IMG/VR virus record: IMGVR_UViG_3300005326_000076
Coordinates: 1 to 41,934 of that record
DNA: 41,934 nucleotides
Source: a virus
Taxonomy: Duplodnaviria; Caudoviricetes
Reading direction: 5' to 3' (one strand)
In this document: in pieces, positions 36,099-41,934 of the stretch
Layout of the letters: every line of letters begins with the position of its first letter
Numbering within the stretch: position 1 is the stretch's first letter
The notes under the pieces: generated by a model
What the model was told of the DNA's origin: nothing
The model's database searches: none
What the model saw: only the letters and a program-made list of their open reading frames with translations
Program-made: the position numbers and the translations under genes

Positions 36099-36397
36099 CC
36101 TACGCAGGACTGACCACCGCCGACAAGGGCGCGCTGCTGGATGCAGAAGAAATCGGAGTTGAATGGATCGTTAGGGATTACACAAATGAGTTATGGGGAT
36201 TTGATAAGAAACCAAGAAAACGCAAATGCGATAATGGTGGATTTCTATATTGCCATTCTTTGGATAATTGTGACCTAGGAGCGTCGCCGCTTGATGCTGA
36301 TACTTTACTTTTCATTCCTCGCGAGAGCAAACCAATAAGCGTATCTGCGTCACTAAGAAAAATTGATAGGATGGAAAATAATGGAACGGTTTTTTAA
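36095..36397 (+). CDS. Hypothetical protein
   Basis: AAGGAG RBS; WIVRD...LWGF..KP motif. Confidence 0.6.
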   Translation: MTYAGLTTADKGALLDAEEIGVEWIVRDYTNELWGFDKKPRKRKCDNGGFLYCHSLDNCDLGASPLDADTLLFIPRESKPISVSASLRKIDRMENNGTVF

Positions 36398-36770
36398 ACT
36401 CTATCCACAGCTAACAATAGAAGATAAGGCTGCACTGGAAAAAGGTAAAGACGATGGACATATTTATGAGTTTTTAACGCATGACGGAATCCGATCACAG
36501 TTCAACATCGACCTCGCCCTTGCGCAGATCGCGGAGATGGAGAGCAAGCATAATAACTTGCTATCTGAAAAAGCAAGCGAAAAAGGTTGCATGACGTGGA
36601 ACGATCGCATCAACCAGATGACGGTGGAGGAAAAGGCAAAGTGGCTTTATGATCTCGATGTTTGTAGGGTTAGTTCAATATCGATAGACGAGTGTAATTC
36701 ATATAGGCATTGCACGGAGTGTATGCGAAACATGCTCAACAGCCCGTACACGGAAGGAGAGACGGTATGA
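36381..36770 (+). CDS. Hypothetical protein
   Basis: Overlapping ORF; C-terminal TWNDRINQMTVEE.A..L...C...C..C..LNS. Confidence 0.55.
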   Translation: MERFFKLYPQLTIEDKAALEKGKDDGHIYEFLTHDGIRSQFNIDLALAQIAEMESKHNNLLSEKASEKGCMTWNDRINQMTVEEKAKWLYDLDVCRVSSISIDECNSYRHCTECMRNMLNSPYTEGETV

Positions 36771-37273
36771 AAATTTGCAGATTTAGTTACAAGCAGTCAG
36801 ACGGACGTTGTGTTTTGAACGGTAAAAAGTGCGACGAAAATTGCGCATCAATCGTCGAGGTTTCCCCGCCCACTCACAAGGACGTTCTGCTGAAACGGTG
36901 GGCGCAGGACACGGAGGCGATGGCGCGACAGACCGTTTGGAGACATTACTGGATTTCAAAAACGTGTTTCATCTTTCCCGACGGATTCCAAACAGACGTG
37001 CTGAATATCGCGGTCGAGCACGAAGCCGCCTACCTCAACAGCGCTGCGGAGGTGGGAAAAGTGAGCACACAAAACCTTATGAAGATTGTTGACGCAATCG
37101 AATCGGAAGTCGTTCAGAGCTACCTGTCTGGAAATATCGACGAGCTGATAACCGAATGCGAGAGCGTCACAGAAACAAACTGCTATTGGAAAATTTACGA
37201 GGTATCGAAGCTCGTGAAAGAACACGCTATCGATCTGCGCGACCAGATGCAGGAGGACACCGATGAAGGTTGA
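36767..37273 (+). CDS. Hypothetical protein
   Basis: AAGGAG RBS with ATG 36767; an internal GGAGG + GTG (37061) suggests a possible second start. Confidence 0.55.
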   Translation: MKICRFSYKQSDGRCVLNGKKCDENCASIVEVSPPTHKDVLLKRWAQDTEAMARQTVWRHYWISKTCFIFPDGFQTDVLNIAVEHEAAYLNSAAEVGKVSTQNLMKIVDAIESEVVQSYLSGNIDELITECESVTETNCYWKIYEVSKLVKEHAIDLRDQMQEDTDEG

Positions 37274-37484
37274 GAAGTGCCCGACCGTAGACGTTGCGCC
37301 GAAAATTGAATGCTTTTCTGGCGGGCTGTTTAAGTTTGAAGCTAAGAGATTAACACAAGACGAAAGATGGATGGTGTTTTCAAGATTTATTACTGCGAAA
37401 AACGAACGACAGGCAATCAGATTTTGGAACCGCTGGGCGCGGCGTGAAGCGAGACGCATTGGAGAGGAAGGAGACGCTACATGA
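37263..37484 (+). CDS. Hypothetical protein, weakly Lar (restriction alleviation)-like
   Basis: N-terminal CP and C-terminal AI.FWNR pattern. Confidence 0.45.
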   Translation: MKVEKCPTVDVAPKIECFSGGLFKFEAKRLTQDERWMVFSRFITAKNERQAIRFWNRWARREARRIGEEGDAT

Positions 37485-37939
37485 GACTGATTGATGCGGA
37501 TGCGCTGAAGGAAGCTATAAAGAATCAGCACTGGAAGCCCGACACACGAATGCAACTTACGCTGAAGTGGATCGACATGCTAATCAACGAAGCGCCGATC
37601 ATCGAATCCCCGCGCCCCGACTGGACACCGTGCGCCGATGGGATGCCGGAGGAACACGAGCAGGCGTATCCAGTATATGACGAAAAAACATTTGCCGTGA
37701 TTGACGCGAGGTATGAAATGGTTTCAGACGTTTGCGCTGTAACTGTTAAAAATCCTAACGGCGGGATATTTTCAGCGACAGACCTCACCGTGAACGGAAA
37801 ATGGGAAACGTATGAAAGGATGGAAGAAGATCATACAGTCCTCGCGTGGCAACCGCTACCCGAACCCTACCGCGCCGACGACACCACGGGAAAGCCAGAC
37901 CATATTGTTGACGCCAACAAAAAGGTGCAGGAGGACTAG
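37481..37939 (+). CDS. DUF551-like phage protein
   Basis: MRLIDADAL, WTPC..GMPE and VLAWQPLPEPY. Confidence 0.7.
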   Translation: MRLIDADALKEAIKNQHWKPDTRMQLTLKWIDMLINEAPIIESPRPDWTPCADGMPEEHEQAYPVYDEKTFAVIDARYEMVSDVCAVTVKNPNGGIFSATDLTVNGKWETYERMEEDHTVLAWQPLPEPYRADDTTGKPDHIVDANKKVQED

Positions 37940-38025
37940 ATGGAAAGTGAAAAGCTGATGCCGTGGATATTTGCGGATTTGGAAGATTTGATTGACGGAA
38001 TATACGAAACGGAGAGTGATCGCCG

Positions 38026-38244
38026 ATGACCACAAGTGAGCCGACCACGGGCGAGATCGTGCGGGATTTACGGCTTAAAACGAAATATGGAATGGAATTA
38101 ATGAAAGGACATTTTTCAGAGAAAGATTTCGTTACTACCATTGCCGCCGACCGCCTCGAAAGCCAAGAGCAGAAGATAGCCGCTCTGACCGCCCGCGCAG
38201 AGCAAGCCGAGAACAAATTAAGAGAGCTGAAAGGGTGTTTATAA
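38026..38244 (+). CDS. Hypothetical coiled-coil protein
   Basis: GGAG RBS; EIVRDLR...AADRLE. Confidence 0.55.
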   Translation: MTTSEPTTGEIVRDLRLKTKYGMELMKGHFSEKDFVTTIAADRLESQEQKIAALTARAEQAENKLRELKGCL

Positions 38245-38685
38245 ATGCCAACAGATACATGCGTTATTGAATCAAGAGAGCGTGAGCATGAACAGATAGC
38301 GACAAAAGCCAACGCCGAAAAAGAAATCGACAAGGCTATTAAGTGGGTGCGCGAAGAAGATAAAAAAATGGACGAAAAATATTCAAGAGGACCGCAACCC
38401 GAACAAAGCACGCACTATCATATTGTTCGTTCGCTAATCAAAGCACTACAGCAAGCCGAGCGGGAACGGGATGCGGCAGTTGCGGACTTGGATGCATTAA
38501 AGGATAGCGGGTTTTGCAATTCGTGTGTTGGGTGTAACGCGCCACATTCCGAATCAATAACCTATTGCACAGACTGGAAACGGCGCGGACTGCCGCAGGA
38601 CGGAGAGGGGAATGAAACAGAGAATCGTATCACTGTATGCAGGGTCGCTTGCAGAGATTACGGACAAGATGTGGTTGAGTTTTGA
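38245..38685 (+). CDS. Hypothetical protein
   Basis: ERERDAAVADL followed by a Cys-rich segment; its 3' end overlaps the next ORF. Confidence 0.5.
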   Translation: MPTDTCVIESREREHEQIATKANAEKEIDKAIKWVREEDKKMDEKYSRGPQPEQSTHYHIVRSLIKALQQAERERDAAVADLDALKDSGFCNSCVGCNAPHSESITYCTDWKRRGLPQDGEGNETENRITVCRVACRDYGQDVVEF

Positions 38686-38794
38686 GGACGGAGAGCGCAT
38701 TTCATCGCACTCGATAACGACCGACATCAGAAGCGATCGCGATGAATACTTTCAGGCTGTCGTGATCTACGAGCAGGACGGAGGCGCAGAATGA
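38612..38794 (+). CDS. Hypothetical protein
   Basis: GGAGAGG RBS, 60 aa. Confidence 0.55.
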   Translation: MKQRIVSLYAGSLAEITDKMWLSFEDGERISSHSITTDIRSDRDEYFQAVVIYEQDGGAE

Positions 38795-39057
38795 AACGCC
38801 TTGTGAAGTATCTGGAATCAATCGGATTGAAACCATACCGACTATTTATACAGCACGAAAACGGGGTTGTTTACTCGGACGGTCAAGCAGGCTGGGTAAG
38901 CGTTGACAGGTGGCGCGGGAAAACATACTACGCACAGCGCGTCAAGGTGTATACGGAAAACGCAATAAGTAGGACGAGTTTTGAATCAACGCGCATGAGT
39001 GACATAATAGGCTGGATAGACGCACAGTTAGGTATTCGGAAAGGAGAACTAAAATGA
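38791..39057 (+). CDS. Hypothetical protein
   Basis: GGAGG RBS, ATGA coupling. Confidence 0.6.
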   Translation: MKRLVKYLESIGLKPYRLFIQHENGVVYSDGQAGWVSVDRWRGKTYYAQRVKVYTENAISRTSFESTRMSDIIGWIDAQLGIRKGELK

Positions 39058-39428
39058 AATCACGGCGCGATATAACGCTGGGCGAGATGCAGGACGAGTG
39101 CAAGCGGGTTGATCGGAAATGCGAGAAGTGTGACAGGAGAATCAGCGTGGTTTGCGGGAGCATGGTCAACTCTAACGGATACTTCGAAACGCCGAAAGAT
39201 TGGGATTTGACCGATCCACCGCGATTCAACGAGCAGCAGATGGCGTTGCTGAAAGGGTTGTACGCGAACGGAGTAATGAAACTAAGAAGCGATTGTGCAA
39301 TTACCTCGCTTTTCAGGGAGGATCACGAATACATCGGAAACCTGATAAACTCGCAAATAGGGATTGAACTATCAGACGGTGAAACGCTCGACCTAGCGGA
39401 GCTGCTTGGAAAGGACGGTGAAAAATGA
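39054..39428 (+). CDS. Cys-containing hypothetical protein
   Basis: AAGGAG RBS; DITLGEMQDEC...CEKC...C...P..W. Confidence 0.6.
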   Translation: MKSRRDITLGEMQDECKRVDRKCEKCDRRISVVCGSMVNSNGYFETPKDWDLTDPPRFNEQQMALLKGLYANGVMKLRSDCAITSLFREDHEYIGNLINSQIGIELSDGETLDLAELLGKDGEK

Positions 39429-39598
39429 ACCTAATCTGCAAGCTATTCGGTCACAAGTGGCGCGATACATCGTACTGGGAGTTTAAGCGCGAGAACGGGA
39501 AGAAACTCAAAAGAAACATTATTCAGCAGACGTGCCAAAGGTGCGACAAAGAAGAAGTTTGTATAATTTGCGAGTGGCAACCGGACGAATACTATTGA
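39425..39598 (+). CDS. DUF1660-like small phage protein (57 aa)
   Basis: Translated by eye: MNLICKLFGHKW...CQRC. Confidence 0.65.
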   Translation: MNLICKLFGHKWRDTSYWEFKRENGKKLKRNIIQQTCQRCDKEEVCIICEWQPDEYY

Positions 39599-39624
39599 CA
39601 ACCACTTGTAAACCGTGATACAAT
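39595..39624 (+). promoter_or_regulatory. sigmaA promoter
   Basis: TTGACA-18 nt-TACAAT with TG extension. Confidence 0.65.
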
Positions 39625-39730
39625 ACCATCACAGTGACCGCTAGAAACTAGCGGGAAAAACACAGCCGCGATGTTCTCCTTTCGGCGGGAGTTTTGTAGC
39701 GGTAACGAGAAAAAAAAGAAAGGAAGCACA

Positions 39731-40006
39731 ATGAAAGAAGTAAATGAAAATATTGATCCGTTGTTTGGGAAAAAAGCAAAAGATCAAATCACTGGATTTG
39801 AGGGAATCATAACGGGAAAGTCGGTTTGGATGTATGGTTGCAACCAATACTGTCTTACGCCGCCCGTTGACAAAGACGGAAAACTTCCAGATGGAAAATG
39901 GTTTGACGAAGGAAGGCTCGTAGTGATTTCATCTTCAATTAATCCGGAAAGCGTAAAAGCTAAAAAGAACGGTGCGGATTGGGATAACATGCCGACACCG
40001 CGATAA
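39731..40006 (+). CDS. Conserved-looking phage hypothetical protein (SH3-like)
   Basis: AAGGA RBS; GKKAKDQITGFEGIITG....YGCNQY.L.P...WFDE.RL. Confidence 0.7.
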   Translation: MKEVNENIDPLFGKKAKDQITGFEGIITGKSVWMYGCNQYCLTPPVDKDGKLPDGKWFDEGRLVVISSSINPESVKAKKNGADWDNMPTPR

Positions 40007-40015
40007 CTACAAAAC

Positions 40016-40038
40016 AAAGCACTCGAAGGGGTGCTTTT
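40016..40038 (+). terminator. Intrinsic terminator
   Basis: AAAGCACTC-gaag-GGGTGCTTTT directly after the 39731 gene. Confidence 0.7.
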
Positions 40039-40046
40039 CATGTATC

Positions 40047-40075
40047 TTGACTAAATAACAAATTTGTGGTAAAAT
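40047..40075 (+). promoter_or_regulatory. Promoter of the packaging/late operon
   Basis: TTGACT-17 nt-TAAAAT with TG extension, upstream of the HNH gene. Confidence 0.7.
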
Positions 40076-40163
40076 GCATTAAGAAAACACAATATGTAGG
40101 TGGACGGAGCGGAGGGAAATAACGCTAACAGGTGGATGGAGCTGGGCGTTAAACGAGGTAATT

Positions 40164-40526
40164 ATGCCGACAAGACCGTTCAGAGCGTGTCCGAGATGTG
40201 GGAAGACAATCGCAGGAACCGCGACATATTGCGTTTATTGCGACAAGATAAGACAACAGAGCAAACAAGAATACTTCAGACAGCAAGACGAGAAGCGCGG
40301 AACATCAACGGAGCGCGGATATAACTACAAATGGCGAATTATACGAGCGGCGTTCCTAAAGCAATATCCATTTTGCGATATGTGCGGCGAGAAAGCAACG
40401 GAAGTACATCACATCATCCCGCACAAGGGAGATAGTGCACTCATGTGGGATAGATCGAATCTATTGCCTTTGTGCAAAGCGTGTCACTCAATGGTTACTA
40501 TGACTACTACGAATAAGGAGAGATAA
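40164..40526 (+). CDS. Terminase-associated HNH endonuclease (HK97 gp74-like)
   Basis: RGY..KW...R..FL..YPFCDMC...VHHIIPHKGD..L.WD.SNL.PLCKACHS. Confidence 0.9.
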   Translation: MPTRPFRACPRCGKTIAGTATYCVYCDKIRQQSKQEYFRQQDEKRGTSTERGYNYKWRIIRAAFLKQYPFCDMCGEKATEVHHIIPHKGDSALMWDRSNLLPLCKACHSMVTMTTTNKER

Positions 40527-40528
40527 TC

Positions 40529-40909
40529 ATGGCTGCAACTGTAACGAAAACCGAAGAAACGTTTGGCACAATCAAGAAGATTACATGGGCTTGGGTATCT
40601 CACACAGACGGCGCAGTTGCAACCGCGACAGCGAACGCGCAAACCACAAGCGCATACTCTGGCGAGATTCTGCGGCTTATTACGGTTCCTGCTGGCGCAC
40701 CAAACGCGCCGACTGATGACTATGATGTTTATGTGTATGACGGTAATAGCGTTGACGCTCTGATGGGCGCAGGATTGAACCGTGACACAGCGAACACTGA
40801 ACAGGTGCTTGCATCTAGTCTTGGCATCGTAGCAAACAGCAAACTAACACTTAAGGTTGAGAACGCAGGAAATACTAAAGGCGGTACGGTTTATCTGTAC
40901 TTGAGGTAG
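40529..40909 (+). CDS. Hypothetical beta-rich, possibly structural protein
   Basis: AAGGAG RBS; Thr/Ala/Val-rich. Confidence 0.65.
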   Translation: MAATVTKTEETFGTIKKITWAWVSHTDGAVATATANAQTTSAYSGEILRLITVPAGAPNAPTDDYDVYVYDGNSVDALMGAGLNRDTANTEQVLASSLGIVANSKLTLKVENAGNTKGGTVYLYLR

Positions 40910-40912
40910 TAT

Positions 40913-41722
40913 ATGGCAGAGATTGGCAGATACGGAGACATCAGCGGGAGATTTGTGCCAGATGATGGAACAGCCGCTGTCAACGTCGTGGTCAAGGATA
41001 AGAAAGCGATTAGGATAAACGCGGCAGAGACAACCAATGAGACTGTTGATCTATATCTAACAATCGATGTTATCACGCCTAATATCACAGTAAACACGGC
41101 AATAGATGACAAGGCTATAACGGTTAATAGTGCGGTTGGTGCAGTAGCGGGACATGCAGTTACAATCACAGAGGGGTCACGGCACTTTCAGACGATCATT
41201 AAAAGCGTGGTTGGAAACGTGCTAAACCTTGCAAGCGGACTAGATTATGCCTATACAACAGCAGCAAGGGTACGAGTGGGGTTGTGGAATCTCAACGCAA
41301 ACGGATCAGTAACGAATCGGCTTGCGTATATCGAAGCACCGCCTAACGCAATACTAGAACTGCATGAGTTTAGAATATCAATTTCAGATGATACGGCAAT
41401 GGATAGTTCAAAGTTTGGCGGGATCACGGCACTCACAAACGGTATAGTGTTTAGAGTGACGGATGGTATGAAGAAGAATGGTCCGCTCATTGTAAATAAC
41501 ATTGGATTTGCAGAGCAAGGATTTGTAACACAATATGATGACAAAGCACCTACGGGGTTATATGGCATAAGGGCAGTGCGCAACCTCAAGACAACATCAG
41601 GCACGGTACTGCACATAGATGGAAGTGATAGTGGGACGGTAGTGCTGCGCATACAAGACAACCTAACGGGACTATCACAGATGACATGCACAGTAAGCGG
41701 AAACGTACATCCAATCGAGTAA
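40913..41722 (+). CDS. Hypothetical beta-rich, possibly structural protein
   Basis: GAGG RBS; 269 aa, FGGITALTNGIV motif. Confidence 0.65.
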   Translation: MAEIGRYGDISGRFVPDDGTAAVNVVVKDKKAIRINAAETTNETVDLYLTIDVITPNITVNTAIDDKAITVNSAVGAVAGHAVTITEGSRHFQTIIKSVVGNVLNLASGLDYAYTTAARVRVGLWNLNANGSVTNRLAYIEAPPNAILELHEFRISISDDTAMDSSKFGGITALTNGIVFRVTDGMKKNGPLIVNNIGFAEQGFVTQYDDKAPTGLYGIRAVRNLKTTSGTVLHIDGSDSGTVVLRIQDNLTGLSQMTCTVSGNVHPIE

Positions 41723-41934
41723 GGGCGGCACATAGTATCTGCACACAGCGCACGGTATGACAACACAGGGGCGCGGTAGTACATGCATCACAGTATCACA
41801 TAACAACCTCACACGGGGCAGGGCGGGTATATATATGCGGGAATATGTGGCAACGCGCAATATATCAGTCACGTGGTGGAGATAGGGCGATAGGGTATGC
41901 GGTGCGAAAAATCGAACACCTCCGCGATGTAAAC
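41723..41934. other. Putative cos/packaging region including the right copy of ATGTAAAC
   Basis: Non-coding and contiguous (circularly) with terS. Degenerate repeats ACAC..GC..GGTA at 41743, 41763 and 41811, and GATAGGG x2. Confidence 0.5.

Noticed and set aside
40100-40324. 74-aa ORF overlapping the HNH gene
   Set aside because: Alternative frame without a convincing RBS; the HNH ORF has the conserved motifs.

Overview
The window looks like an essentially complete, ~41.9 kb siphophage genome with an HK97-type head, opened at the terminase small subunit. The first and last 8 nt (ATGTAAAC) are identical. The host is probably a Firmicute/Clostridia-type bacterium, inferred from GGAGG-type RBSs, sigmaA-consensus promoters and the gene families present. 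Every credible gene is on the + strand. Gene order: terS; terL with an Ala1 (class 3-type) LAGLIDADG intein; portal fused to a MuF/gp7-like domain; prohead protease; major capsid; neck and tail genes (with a -1 frameshift chaperone); tape measure; tail tip; a separately promoted metallophosphoesterase; an SGNH-esterase fibre; the lysis cassette; a ~450-nt highly base-paired non-coding region with its own terminator; early genes; recombination and replication genes (Sak/Rad52, SSB, replisome organiser with iterons, DnaB); a methylase, a MazG-like gene and many small accessory ORFs; then an HNH gene and two structural-like genes before the putative cos region. I found no integrase or CI-like repressor. 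The most striking unexplained element is the candidate large ornate ncRNA at ~23115-23597. All assignments come from motifs read by eye; no database searches or folding programs were run.
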